DNA of 60,438 nt, the filler included. It is 5 parts of 5 records of this genome, joined end to end, with 100 filler letters (N's around TTAATTAATTAA, not from the genome) between each part and the next. Parts side by side here need not be neighbours in the genome. Positions count along the whole stretch, not along the records: positions 27,916 to 35,544 come from SRR20825019_2186; positions 35,645 to 49,655 come from SRR20825019_2187; 3 more parts are not named here. One strand, given 5' to 3'. A program made the position numbers and the translations under genes. Shown piece by piece: positions 30,840 through 42,021 of the stretch. The notes under the pieces are model-generated. The model was given only the letters and a program-made list of their open reading frames with translations. It had not been told where the DNA came from and did not search any database. Within the stretch, counting starts at the first letter, position 1; the number at the start of each line of letters is the position of its first letter.

Positions 30840-31750
30840 CCACCACGGCGGCGGTGATAATGAGTAATAAGCCTCTCGGTTTGAGGCCGTTAGGGAGGCG
30901 GCACACAGACGGCCGACGCGACGGGTGCGGTATCGCCAAGTTGATGTCGGTTGCTCCGCCGCGGCTCAGCTCCCGGGTCTGAGGAGCTCCGGGCTCAGGC
31001 CCGGCCTGAGGGCCACGGCCACTCAATTGCTTTAGTTGGCTGGCCGGCGCGCTTGGGGAGTCCGAGCCGGGCTGCCGGCGCGCTGGCAAGCCGGAACGGA
31101 AGTGACGACGCACGGCCGGGGACCCGCCCGCCAGTCCATCCTTCGCGGGCCGCGGGCCCGCTCACGAGACTCACTGGCCCGCGGGGGCCGGGCCCGGCCG
31201 CGCGGCCGCGCGCTGCCGGTGCGCGGGTGGGCAGCCCGCGGCGCCCGGCCGGGCGGCCGGGCGACCGGCAAGGCGGTCGAAGCCCGGCCGGAACGAAGCC
31301 CGGCGACTGACCGTTCTTCTGGAGTCTTCATTTGCTGTCCAAAAAGGTGTGAACCGCAGATTCGTATGCAAAAGGCACACATAAGCTTAATGTGTAGGTC
31401 GCGTGCACGCGGCCGCCGGGCCCGGCGAGCGGCGCCGGGGCGGGCCCGCCCCGGCCCGGCGAGCCGGCCGCCGCGGGTGACGGGACCGCGCCCGCCGGGC
31501 CTGCCGGCCGGGCCGGGCCGCGGCCGGCCCCACTCATCATATGGAGTGGTGTCGCCGACCTGCCAACGCCCGGCCGGGCCCCACCCCCGTCCCGACTGGC
31601 GGAGCGAAGTCAGTATGGCGACCTCGACCGCCACGGCGAGACTCAGGCACTCCGCATAGCCACCTTCGGGGCGGGCGGCGACCTCCGGCTAGTCGCCCGG
31701 GTGACCGTAGTCCCGCTCCTCGTGGAAACAAGCTCGGTCGGGGCAAGGAC
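30840..31750. promoter_or_regulatory. GC-rich island between divergent eukaryotic genes
   Basis: Very GC-rich block between ATG 30755 (-) and ATG 31843 (+). Boundaries approximate. Confidence 0.5.
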
Positions 31751-31842
31751 GCCCCAATGAGCCGCTTGCTGCGAGCCATGGTACCACTTGCTATTGGCCG
31801 ACATACAAATATGTCTCTATGTGCCTTGTGTGTACACCAGCC

Positions 31843-33459
31843 ATGGCGTGGGCAAGAAGCCTCTGCCTTGTTGGTGTCCTCATTGGCTGTCTCGCTCTGG
31901 CCGGGGCCGAAAACGAAAAATGGAGTCTGAAACAGTGTCAGACCGACAGTTACTATTGTCCGGGGACTGGACAGTCCAAAGGTAAAAGTATTTTTCGGAG
32001 TCCTAGCACCTGCACCGAAATCTTCCACGATGAGTCGGAGAAGATATACCCTCTTGAGAGAGTTGTTTATGGATACTTGGCCAATAGTTTGTTCTCTGAG
32101 AACACAAATTCCGTCGAGAAGGATAAATGTAAAGCATGGTATAGGACATATATTTCCATGCAGAATGCTATGAATGCAGATAGAGGAGTTGGTTTGAGTG
32201 ACGAAGAGTACAGTAATCTACTCAGTTGTGTTGACAGGAATAACTTTGAGGACCTTAAACGTATGGTGATCGCCTACCAGATGTATTCAATCTAACGACA
32301 ACACAGGTTATCTGATTGGCGCAAGCGTGAACACAGAGGAACTCTTGAATGCTGTTGGGAAGAAAATGACTGATGCAATTGATGGATATTCCAAGAAGGC
32401 TTACGATCAGTATTCCGCCTTTGACCTTCATAGTGCGGATCGTACCAAACACTATGAGCCTATGGAAGAAGCTGTGGTACATATGAAGAATCGTGCAATT
32501 TTTTTTGACATGTTCCTTAACTTCACTTATAGAGAATGATTTCGGGCATAGAGCGTCAGTACCTTAGGTCGACGGCTGTCGCTAATATTGTAAATATGAA
32601 GGTGAGTTGGACGCGAGTGAGCCGTTGTATGTATTCTCACAAGGAGTCCTTGAATAGGCGATGTGTGACAAGGTTAGTGAAGATGGTTGCGAAGATATCG
32701 CCAGGTTCAAGAAAAAAGCGGAAGGGTGGTTCAATCATATGGAAGAAATTCGTACCACACTCAACCAGTGGAAAAAGAAATTTTCAACTAATGCTGAGGA
32801 GATTAACGCGCCTGAGCCCACTACAAAGACCAAGACAACCACTTTCGATTGCGATGAGGGTATGAAGTTTTATAGTATTCATCATTTGTGATATTGACAT
32901 TCCACAGCTGTTATGACTGCGGCTGGCTTTGTGTCCATGCTTGACAGTTTTAAGGCTTTCATTGATCCCCCTCAGGAGTTTTCACATGGCAAGGCCACGA
33001 TCGATAAACTCAGAGACGCCATTAAGCTTTATCAAGAGAACGAGAGCTCGTTTGACAACCACCCTAGCAATCTCATGAAGCTCAACCGGAAGGGGCGAAA
33101 GGAAGCAGCAGAGTACGATATGCTTTTGTGTTGTGTTGGTTCTGCCAAGACTCACATCCATGTGCGTTTGTAGGCGTGTGGCCAGTGAGATCAGAGCTAT
33201 GAATCTTGAGAGCATTGTTTTGGGGATAGAACAAATCAAACAAGCTGGTCACCATGGGGAAGAGGAATTCGCCCCTGACCCCACAACCGATGGAGGCGTT
33301 GTGACAACCGATGGAGGCGTTGTCGAACCTCCTTCTGCCACCGACGGCGTCGGGGGAGACCCTCTTGCTGTCCATGATGTAGTCCCCATTGCTAGCCAAA
33401 AGGACAAGCCAACTCCCACTACTCCTGAAAACGGTGCCGATGAGGAACACGAGGAGTAA
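31843..33459 (+). CDS. Eukaryotic 6-exon gene, 449-aa secreted protein with acidic Pro/Thr-rich tail
   Basis: Signal peptide MAWARSLCLVGVLIGCLALAG. Introns 32261-32306, 32477-32532, 32602-32657, 32860-32907, 33113-33173 give a 1350-nt frame. Confidence 0.7.
33283..33324 (+). repeat. 21-nt coding tandem repeat (TTDGGVV x2)
   Basis: ACAACCGATGGAGGCGTTGT(G/C) twice. Confidence 0.9.
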
Positions 33460-33547
33460 GGTTCTAGCAATCTCATTAAATACAAAAAGGCTGGGCATAC
33501 ACTTGATTCGGTCTCTGTTTTATTCATATCCAAGAGCATTGGGCTCC

Positions 33548-35039
33548 TCATACCACACCGTGAGCCTTGCCTACTTCGATGAACTTGCTCACCACGTCGT
33601 TGATCTGCTCTTCAGTATGGGCAGCCGACAACTGGACGCGGATTCTAGCCTTTCCCTTGGGCACTACGGGATATGAGAAACCAATGACATACACACCACG
33701 ATCCAACATATCGGTGGCAAAGTCAGTTGCAAGTTTGGCGTCTCCAAGCTATGACAGCAACATCCGTTAGTTTGCACTAGACAACGTTCGTTTTCCCTTA
33801 CCATAATTGGTACGATGGGGTGAACACCTTCAGCGATCTTAAAACCAGCGTTTGTCATCTACAGGTCCCGTTAGCACCATCCTAGACAGGGTGCCGTGGT
33901 GGCGAACTTACCATGCTACGGAACTGGGTAGTATTCTTTTCAAGCTGGTCACGGAGTGTAGTGCTGGAATCCAACAAGTCGAACACCTTCAACGAGGCAC
34001 CAACCACCGATGGAGCAACCGAGTTACTGAACAAGTACGGGCGGGACTTCTGGCGAAGCATGTCTACGACTTCCTGACGGGCACTGGTATAGCCGCCAGT
34101 CGCTCCGCCGAGGGCTTTACCGAGGGTCGAGTTGATGATGTGCACCTTGTCTTCCACCCCAAAGTGCTCCGCGGTGCCACGACCAGTCTTGCCCAAAAAT
34201 CCAGTAGCGTGGCACTCATCAATGAATACCCAAGCACCATACTGCTCAGCAAGAGCACAAATCTTGTCCAAGGGCGCAATATGACCATCCATACTGAAGG
34301 CACCATCAGTGGCAATGAGAACATTGCGTGCTTTCCCTTGAAGGCTCTTCAATTTCTCCTCGAGGTCGTTCATATCAATGTGCTTATACCTATGGCGCTG
34401 GGCCTTGCAGAGGCGAATACCATCGATGATTGAGGCATGGTTGAGTTCGTCACTAATCACAGCGTCCTCCTCGGTCAAAATCGCCTCGAAAAGTCCTGCA
34501 TTGGCGTCAAAACAGCTCGGATAGAGAATAGTATCATCCTGCTTGTGAAAACGAGCAATCTTCTCCTCGAGTTCCTTGTGGATATCCTTAATCATGTCCC
34601 TAAATTAGATAGAAATTATGAATACGATCTGAGTGGTTCGCACCTGAGTTCCACAAATGAAGCGAACGGAGCTCAGACCAAACCCATGAGTGTCCAACGC
34701 CTTGCGTGCAGCGGCTACCACCTCAGGGTGATTACTAAGGCCAAGGTAATTATTGGCGCAGAAGTTCAGAACACTGGAAGTCTATTTTCAACAGTCAGAA
34801 TATGTACTTCAATGATTGCGTTGGGCATACGCTATCTTTCACTGAAATTGAAGATTCTTGGGGACTTGTAATGACCCACTCCTTCTTGTACGTTCCCGCG
34901 GCCCGCATATCTTGAAGCTAAATGCACCATGAGCACCCGTGCGACAGCAATCCAGTGAACGTATAAATACCTGCCCCTGCAGGGTGGCCTTGAAGGAAGA
35001 AGCAGCAGCGCTAAAGCGTGTAACGAGTGTCCGGCGCAT
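33548..35039 (-). CDS. GCAT: Glycine C-acetyltransferase (2-amino-3-ketobutyrate CoA ligase), 6 exons, probable mitochondrial presequence
   Basis: Introns 34970-34918, 34830-34782, 34643-34587, 33911-33859, 33801-33749 give 408 aa with [58 protein letters not shown]. Confidence 0.93.
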
Positions 35040-35149
35040 GTTTACAATTGCAAACAGATTGTTGCAGCAGTAGGCTTATATAAGTAGCATGCAAACTATC
35101 GAAGACAAGGCCTCCATCAGTGGGGCAACAACAGGGTTAGCTTTCGGGT

Positions 35150-35544
35150 TTGGTGGCTGGCCCGTGGCCGGGGCATCAACCCGGCCTCCGGGGGACGCCG
35201 TCCGATCCGGTCGTACGCTCCCGGCCTGCGGGTCAGATGGCCGGCCGGCCGGGCGCGCTGGGCGGGTCAGCGACCCGGCCCTCCCTCCGACCGGCCCAGC
35301 GGGGTGCGATTCGCGCGGCCCACCCAGACTGGCAGGGCTCACTCATCAGGGACCCCGGTTCCCGCAGGCCCTTCACTGGGAGTCGGCGGGCTCCCTCCGC
35401 TTCGGGGGACGCGCCGGCCGTCGCGTGGCCGGCGCTACACCGTACGGTACTTCGGGGAGTCACGGTATGGTAGAAGTAGAGGTCATTTTGGCGCGGTGAC
35501 ACGGGCCCCCGAGAAAGCAGTGCATCGGAGTCGGTGATTCCGTC
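35150..35544. promoter_or_regulatory. GC-rich island upstream of GCAT
   Basis: GC-rich non-coding block 5' of ATG 35039 (-). Boundaries approximate. Confidence 0.5.
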
Positions 35545-35644
35545 NNNNNNNNNNNNNNNNNNNNNNNNNNNNNNNNNNNNNNNNNNNNTTAATTAATTAA
35601 NNNNNNNNNNNNNNNNNNNNNNNNNNNNNNNNNNNNNNNNNNNN
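35545..35644. other. Artificial contig spacer
   Basis: 44 N + TTAATTAATTAA + 44 N. Confidence 0.99.
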
Positions 35645-36114
35645 CCGGTGGTGCCGGAGGTGTAGAACAGCCAGGCCAGTTCACGCGGCCCGCGCTCGCA
35701 GGTGGACATGGCCGGTATCTGCGTCGCGCGGGCGAATATCTCGCCCGGCGCCTGCACGATGGCCGGTGCCTCGATGCTCTGCGAAAGGCTTTCGGAAACC
35801 AGCGCGAGCACGGCACCCGAATGAGCGATGATCCAGTTCGCCTCCTTGGGGTGGAGCTTGGCATTGACCGGCACTGCGGCGGCCCCCGCCATCCAGATGC
35901 CGAACAGCGCGATCAGGTATTCCGGTCCGTTCTTCATGAAGATCACGACCCGGTCGCCCGGCGTCACGCCGGCCTCTTCGACAAGCCAGCGCGCGAAACC
36001 GCCGGCGCGGTCGTTGAACGCGGCATAATCGGCCACCACTTCCGAACCCAGCAGCAAGGCGGGCGTGGTGGGCCAGCGTTTCGCCGCGCGGTCGAGCCAG
36101 TGTGCGATATTCAT
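35645..36114 (-). CDS. AMP-dependent acyl-CoA ligase (3' truncated)
   Basis: GDRVVI, VPVNAKLHPKE, LFYTSGTT AMP-binding motif. Confidence 0.9.
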
Positions 36115-37268
36115 GTCGCCGCCGCCTCAAGCACCGAGGCGTAATTGGCGACGCCGGAACCGCCCATATTGAAGACCAGTGCGCGCTCGGCGCCGGCGCG
36201 TTGCATGCCTCCCGCCTCGCTCACGACCTGCCGGGCGGCGATCACATGCATCGAAACGCCGGTGGCGCCCACAGGATGGCCCTTGGCCTTCAGCCCGCCG
36301 GACAAATTGACCGGGAGAATGCCGTCCGGGGCGACCCAGCCTTCCTCGATCGCCCGGCGACCCTCGCCCGGTGCGGCAAGCCCCATCGCCTCGTAGACCA
36401 TCAGTTCGGCGATTGTGAAGCAGTCATGCACCTCCGCCACGTCGATATCGCCGATGCCGAGCCCTGCCGCGTCAAGCGCCTGGCGTATCGCCATCGCCGC
36501 CCCGGTGAGTTCCGTCGCCGATCTGCGCGACATCGGCAGAAAGTCGTTGACCTGCGAACGCGCCCGGATGGCAACGGCTCTCGCTGCACCCCGCGCCGCC
36601 TCGTCACGGGTGATCACCAGCGCCGCGGCACCATCGGAGATCAGTGAACAATCGGTGACCTTCAACGGATCGGCGATCATCGGATTGCGGTCGGAAACCT
36701 GCCGGCAGAACTCGAAATCAAGCGGCTTGTGCATCTGCGCCAACGGGTTCGCCATTGCATTGGCGTGGTTCTTGACCGCGATCCGGGCAAGCGCATCGGT
36801 CCTGTCGCCATATTCGGCGGCATAGGCTCTGGCGAAACGGGCGAAGATTTCGGGGAAGGAAACGCCCGCCTCCTCTTGCTGAGCGGAAGCGCCTGCGAGC
36901 CCGGCAGTGACCGCCGGCGTGGTCAGATGGGTCATCTTTTCCACGCCGATCACCAGTGCCGTATCCACCCTGCCCGCCTCGACCGCATCGAGCGCGCCCC
37001 ACAAGGCCGCCGAGCCGGATGCGCAGGCGTTTTCAAGCCGGGTCGCCGGCTTGAACCGCAGGTCGGCGTCGATCTCCAGCGCCAGCGAGGAGGCGAAGGC
37101 ATCGCCGACCATGCCGGAATTGAAATGTCCGAGCCAGATGCCGCCAATGTCTGCGGCGGGAACGCCGGAATGCTCCAGCGCCTCCCGCCCGGCTGATACC
37201 AGCAACTGCGAAAGCGTGTCCGGGAGCCTTCCGAAGGGCGTATGCCCCCAACCGATGATACGGGCCAT
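36111..37268 (-). CDS. SCP2-type thiolase
   Basis: ENACASG, EVHDCF, GHPVGATG, FNMGG. Confidence 0.9.
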   Translation of the reverse strand: MARIIGWGHTPFGRLPDTLSQLLVSAGREALEHSGVPAADIGGIWLGHFNSGMVGDAFASSLALEIDADLRFKPATRLENACASGSAALWGALDAVEAGRVDTALVIGVEKMTHLTTPAVTAGLAGASAQQEEAGVSFPEIFARFARAYAAEYGDRTDALARIAVKNHANAMANPLAQMHKPLDFEFCRQVSDRNPMIADPLKVTDCSLISDGAAALVITRDEAARGAARAVAIRARSQVNDFLPMSRRSATELTGAAMAIRQALDAAGLGIGDIDVAEVHDCFTIAELMVYEAMGLAAPGEGRRAIEEGWVAPDGILPVNLSGGLKAKGHPVGATGVSMHVIAARQVVSEAGGMQRAGAERALVFNMGGSGVANYASVLEAAAT

Positions 37269-37269
37269 A

Positions 37270-38238
37270 TCAATCGACCTTGACGAGCCTGTTGCGCAGG
37301 ATGCCGATGCCCTCGACCTCGAGTTCGACGGTATCGCCCGGCGACAGGAAGCGCATATGCTCCAACCCGCAGCCGTTTCCGACGGTGCCCGAGCCGAGAA
37401 ACTCGCCGGGCCGCAGCGTCTCGGATGCCGAGACGTGTTCGATCACCTGTTCGAAGCTCCAGAACATCGTGCCGGTATTTCCGCGACCCCATTCCTCGCC
37501 ATTGACGCGGCAGATCATGGTCTTGTCATAGGGGTTGCCGAATTCATCGGCCGTCACCAGGCATGGTCCCATCGGGTTGGCGGTATCGAAATCCTTGCCC
37601 TTGGCGGGGCCGAGCTGGCCGCCCATTTCAGCGGTCTGGGCGTCGCGCGCCGTGAAATCGTTGAAGATCGTGTAACCGAAGATATAGGGACGGGCGTCAG
37701 CGGCCTTGATGTCCTTGGCGGTCCTGCCGATGTAGATCCCGAATTCGAGCTCGAAATCCATGAATTTGGAATAGCTAGGCCAGATCACATCGGTTTCGTG
37801 ACCGACGACCGAGAACCGGTTGGCTTTGTAATAGATCGGCTGTTCGTAAAAGGTCTCCGGAACCGAGAGAACGCCTTTGCGGGCCATTTCCGCCTCGGCC
37901 TCTTCGGGGTTTTCGAACTGTCTGGCGCGCAGCTTGCGGGCCTGCTGGAAGGCCTGTTTCAGATGGGTCTCGAAGCACAGGCAATCGCGCATCTGGATCG
38001 GCGGCTCCACGGGAGCCATCAGCCGCACTGCACTCCTTTCCAGCATATGGCCGTTCGCGGCCGAGGCTTCCGCCTGCCGGGCGCGATCGAGTGCCGCGTC
38101 ACCGCCCTCGATCAGCGCCTGGATCGAGGTGATGGCCCCGTCGGTGGCGGCGGCAAGGTCGAGGATGCGCTCGCCATCGCCGAGAAGGACGCCGGGGCGG
38201 CCAATGCCGTCGCCGCGATCATACGTTACCAGTTTCAT
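37270..38238 (-). CDS. Fumarylacetoacetate hydrolase family protein
   Basis: DFELE, IFNDFTARD, KGKDF, GSGT. Confidence 0.9.
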   Translation of the reverse strand: MKLVTYDRGDGIGRPGVLLGDGERILDLAAATDGAITSIQALIEGGDAALDRARQAEASAANGHMLERSAVRLMAPVEPPIQMRDCLCFETHLKQAFQQARKLRARQFENPEEAEAEMARKGVLSVPETFYEQPIYYKANRFSVVGHETDVIWPSYSKFMDFELEFGIYIGRTAKDIKAADARPYIFGYTIFNDFTARDAQTAEMGGQLGPAKGKDFDTANPMGPCLVTADEFGNPYDKTMICRVNGEEWGRGNTGTMFWSFEQVIEHVSASETLRPGEFLGSGTVGNGCGLEHMRFLSPGDTVELEVEGIGILRNRLVKVD

Positions 38239-38264
38239 TGAATTTCCTCCCAAGAAAACACGAT

Positions 38265-38933
38265 CTAGTTACCCGCTGTCTGGCTCCGGTCGCGATGCTT
38301 CAGACCGGCAGTCAGGACCGCGACGATATGGGTGGCCGCCGCAGCGGTGTCGGCAGAATCCGCCGTCCCTCCCGAAAGGCGCGCGATACGGCCATTGTCC
38401 ATCATCACGATCATCATCGCGCCGAGCATGCTCTGGTAGGCCCAGTTCACCTCGGCCTTCGTCCAGTCCGGAAAACACTCCGTTATGGCGTCGAGCATCA
38501 TTTCGGCGACCGGGTCGAACATTTCGCGGAAAATCCCCCGCCCCTCGGAACTCGGGTCGGAAAGCTCGCGGACGAGTATACGGCCGAAGGCGCCGTCATT
38601 GGCGTTGTCGCGGAGCCCGAACATCGGCACGATCAGCGCCTTGACCACCAGTTCCACCCGTCTGTCCCAATCGGCCTCCGAACGGGCAAGCTGGAGCCCG
38701 ACGATGCGCTGATCGCGTATCGCAGGCGACCGGGTCTCGAAGATGGCGCGGTAAAGCCCTTCCTTGGAGCCGAAATGATAGTTGATCAGGGCCACCGGCA
38801 CATCCGCGCGGGCCGCGATCTTGCGCACCGTGGTCGCGTCATATCCGTATTTTCCGAACACGGCCTCGCCGGCCGAAAGAATCTTCTCCTTCGACGTCGC
38901 ACCCTGTTTTTCCGTGTTTTTTGACTCGCCCAC
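38265..38933 (-). CDS. TetR-family regulator
   Basis: FGKYGYDATTVRKIAARADVPVALINYHFGSKEGLY. GTG start at 38933 inferred. Confidence 0.9.
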   Translation of the reverse strand: MGESKNTEKQGATSKEKILSAGEAVFGKYGYDATTVRKIAARADVPVALINYHFGSKEGLYRAIFETRSPAIRDQRIVGLQLARSEADWDRRVELVVKALIVPMFGLRDNANDGAFGRILVRELSDPSSEGRGIFREMFDPVAEMMLDAITECFPDWTKAEVNWAYQSMLGAMMIVMMDNGRIARLSGGTADSADTAAAATHIVAVLTAGLKHRDRSQTAGN

Positions 38934-38973
38934 TGTGCTTTCCCGCCTTGAGTTGAACAAACAATAAAAAAGG

Positions 38974-38989
38974 TTGAACAGTTGTTCAA
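38974..38989. promoter_or_regulatory. Probable TetR operator
   Basis: TTGAACA-GT-TGTTCAA palindrome with an extra half-site at 38953, in the divergent promoter. Confidence 0.7.
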
Positions 38990-39047
38990 GTGCTATTATC
39001 CTTTTTTGTGGAGGCACCGGCAACGGTGGCACATCAGGGAGGAATTC

Positions 39048-40121
39048 ATGAACCGAATTATCACGACAATTGCGCTTTCAGGCGGCGCAGCACTCGCGGC
39101 TCTTTCGCCCGCCATGGCGCAGGAGAGCCTGCGTCTCACCATCGCATCCGGCCATCCGGAGGTGTTTCTCTGGGTCAAGCATATGCACGACACCTTCATT
39201 CCGACGGTCAATGCGGCGCTTGCCGAAAAGGGCGACCTGCAGATCGAATGGACCGAGGCTTATGGCGGCACGCTGATGAAGCTCGGCTCCGAGGCCGAGG
39301 CGCTTGAAACCGGCATTGCCGATGTCGCGATGGCCTCCGGCATCTTCGATCCCGCCGGCATGGGTATCCTCAACATCACCTACGCGATGCCCTTCGGCCC
39401 GATCGAACCGGAAATGGTCACATCGGCGGTCGAGGACGCGCTCTACGGAACCGAGGGCCTGATCGACCAGCTCACCGATGAAACCGGCGTCGTCTATATC
39501 GGCGGCGGCGTGGCGATCGACGGTTATAACATTGCCGCCAAACGCCCGATCAGGACCCGCGCGGACATGGACGGCATGCGCATCGGCGGCGCCGGGCCGA
39601 ACCTTGCCTGGCTGAATTCCACCGGCGCGGTCGGCGTTCAGGGCAGCTACGTCACATTCTACAACGACATCTCGACGGGGGTTTATGACGGCAATATCGG
39701 CTGGATGACCGCCAATGTTCCAGCGCGCATCTACGAGGTCGCCCCCTACTGGAACCGTACCGATTTCGGGGCGATGTATATCGGCGGCCTCGGCGTCGCC
39801 GAACGGATTTGGGATGAATTCTCCGACGACACCAAGGACGCCTTCCGCAAGGGCGCGGAAGCCTATTCCCGGGCCTTCTTCGAGGAGCAATCGGCAAAAT
39901 ACGCCGCCAATGAAAAGACCATGCTCGACGGCGGCGGCGAGGAAATCCAGATGGAACCCGCCGAACGCCAGGCCTGGATCGACGGTATGGCCAATCCGCT
40001 GACCGCATGGCGCGATGCAGCCCTCGCCCGAGGCGAGCCGGTGGACGAATTGCTCGAAATCTACCGCGACACGCTGGCCGAAGACGGCTTCACCTTCCCG
40101 CGCGATTATCTCGCCGAATAA
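39048..40121 (+). CDS. TRAP transporter substrate-binding protein (DctP family)
   Basis: Signal peptide, EAYGGTL, GIADVA, TGAVGV, YEVAPY. Upstream of dctQM. Confidence 0.88.
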   Translation: MNRIITTIALSGGAALAALSPAMAQESLRLTIASGHPEVFLWVKHMHDTFIPTVNAALAEKGDLQIEWTEAYGGTLMKLGSEAEALETGIADVAMASGIFDPAGMGILNITYAMPFGPIEPEMVTSAVEDALYGTEGLIDQLTDETGVVYIGGGVAIDGYNIAAKRPIRTRADMDGMRIGGAGPNLAWLNSTGAVGVQGSYVTFYNDISTGVYDGNIGWMTANVPARIYEVAPYWNRTDFGAMYIGGLGVAERIWDEFSDDTKDAFRKGAEAYSRAFFEEQSAKYAANEKTMLDGGGEEIQMEPAERQAWIDGMANPLTAWRDAALARGEPVDELLEIYRDTLAEDGFTFPRDYLAE

Positions 40122-40179
40122 TCCGGCGCGGCCCGACATGCATTGCCGGGCCCGTCCAAAGACCAATCGGGAGAAAATC

Positions 40180-40701
40180 ATGGCAAATGCACGCGGTCGG
40201 CCGGGCCTGCTGCTTGGCCCCGTTGTCGCCGGGCTCAACGCCCTTGGATCGGTCTGGATTCTCGGCCTGATGCTGTTGATCTGCGCCGACATCATCATGC
40301 GCGGCGCATTCAACGCACCGATCGCGGGCGTTGCCGAAATGGTCGCCTTTTCCATCGTCGGCATCGTGTTCCTGCAACTGGCCCACACGCTGCGCGCCGG
40401 CTCGCTGACCCGATCCGACCTGCTGCTGATCGTCGCCGAGCGTCATAGCCCGCGGCTGAAGGCCTTTCTGCTGGCGCTCTACAATCTCACCGGCGCCGTC
40501 ATTCTGGCGATCGCGCTCTGGCACTTCTTTCCGTCATTCCTCAGCGCCTGGGACAGGCCGGAGCGGCACTTCATGGGCAATCCCGGCTTCTTCCAGATTC
40601 CGACCTGGCCGCTCTACGGGCTGATGAGCATCGGCATGGCGGCGACCATCCTGCAATTTCTGGCAAATGCGCTCGCGGCACTGAAGGGTGAAGACGCATG
40701 A
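40180..40701 (+). CDS. TRAP transporter small permease (DctQ)
   Basis: Four TMs; CADIIMR..FNAPIAGVAE. Confidence 0.88.
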   Translation: MANARGRPGLLLGPVVAGLNALGSVWILGLMLLICADIIMRGAFNAPIAGVAEMVAFSIVGIVFLQLAHTLRAGSLTRSDLLLIVAERHSPRLKAFLLALYNLTGAVILAIALWHFFPSFLSAWDRPERHFMGNPGFFQIPTWPLYGLMSIGMAATILQFLANALAALKGEDA

Positions 40702-42011
40702 GCGGCGTTGAAATCGCGCTCGGCTCGGTCGCCCTGATGCTGGTTCTCATCTATGCCGGGCTGCATGTCGCGATCGCGCTGATCCTGGTGAGCTTTATCG
40801 GCGTCTGGGTGCTGAAAGACAACTTCGATCTCGCCGCCAACATGCTGGTGCTGGCCTTCAAGGATTCGATCACCGACCAGCTCTTCGGCGTGGTTCCGCT
40901 GTTCGTGCTGATGGGGTTGGTGGTCTCGATCTCCGGCATGGGGCGCGATACGTTCGATGTCGCCCAGCAGGCGTTTCGGCGCATTCGCGGCGGGCTCGGG
41001 GTCGCGACCGTCGCGGCCAATGCGATATTCGCGGCGATCACCGGCATATCGATCGCGTCTGCGGCCGTGTTCACTAAGGTCGCCGTGCCGGAAATGCGCG
41101 CCAGGGGTTACACGCCGGAATTCTCGGTCGGCGTGGTTGCCGGTTCTTCGGTGCTCGGCATGCTGATCCCGCCGTCGCTGCTGTTCATCCTCTATGGCAT
41201 CTTGACGGAGCAATCGGTCGGCTCGCTGTTCATCGCCGGCGTCCTGCCCGGCCTGCTGCTGGCAGTGACCTACAGCATCGGCATCGTCGCGATGGCGCAT
41301 CTGATGCCGGGCTTCGTCGGCGGCAGGACGGCGGACGATCTTGATGCCCCGCATATGGGCTGGGGCGAGATCGCCGCCAAGCTGCTGCCGATCGCGGCAC
41401 TGGTGGCACTGGTGCTCGGCGGCATCTATGGCGGTCTGTTCACGCCGACGGAGGCGGGCGGAGCGGGCGCTGCCGGCGCGCTGGCGATCGCGATCGTCAA
41501 ACGCCGCCTCAACTGGCGGGACTTCTGGCAGGTGCTGGTCCAGACCGGCCACACCACCGCCTCGATCTGCTTCCTGATCATCGGCGCCAGCCTCTATTCC
41601 CGCATGCTCGCCTTTACCGGCATGCCGGGCTGGCTCGGCCACACTGTGCTCGAAGCCGGGTTCTCGACACAAGGCGTGGTGCTGGCCATGGTGGTCGTGA
41701 TGGTCCTGCTCGGCACCATCCTCGACAGTTCCTCGATCATGCTTCTGGTGCTGCCGATCGCGGTTCCGATCCTGAACGGGCTCGGCGTCGATCTGATCTG
41801 GCTCGGCGTGATCGCGATCCTCGCCGTCGAGATCGGGCTTCTGACCCCGCCCTTCGGCATCGCCGTCTACGTCATCAAATCCACACTCGGTCCGGAAAGC
41901 GACATCACGCTCGGGCAGATCTTCCGCGGCGCGGCACCGTTCGCGCTGATGATGCTGTTCGTGCTCGCGCTGGTGTTCGCCTTCCCGGTCATCGCCACCG
42001 CACTGCTTTAG
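40698..42011 (+). CDS. TRAP transporter large permease (DctM)
   Basis: VPLFVLMG, LGMLIPPS, FTPTEAG, EIGLLTPPFG. Confidence 0.93.
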   Translation: MSGVEIALGSVALMLVLIYAGLHVAIALILVSFIGVWVLKDNFDLAANMLVLAFKDSITDQLFGVVPLFVLMGLVVSISGMGRDTFDVAQQAFRRIRGGLGVATVAANAIFAAITGISIASAAVFTKVAVPEMRARGYTPEFSVGVVAGSSVLGMLIPPSLLFILYGILTEQSVGSLFIAGVLPGLLLAVTYSIGIVAMAHLMPGFVGGRTADDLDAPHMGWGEIAAKLLPIAALVALVLGGIYGGLFTPTEAGGAGAAGALAIAIVKRRLNWRDFWQVLVQTGHTTASICFLIIGASLYSRMLAFTGMPGWLGHTVLEAGFSTQGVVLAMVVVMVLLGTILDSSSIMLLVLPIAVPILNGLGVDLIWLGVIAILAVEIGLLTPPFGIAVYVIKSTLGPESDITLGQIFRGAAPFALMMLFVLALVFAFPVIATALL

Positions 42012-42021
42012 GGAGAAAATC

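Noticed and set aside
28031-35537. Arg/Gly/Pro-rich ORFs in the GC islands
   Set aside because: Stop-poor by composition, present on both strands, with no motifs or splice support.
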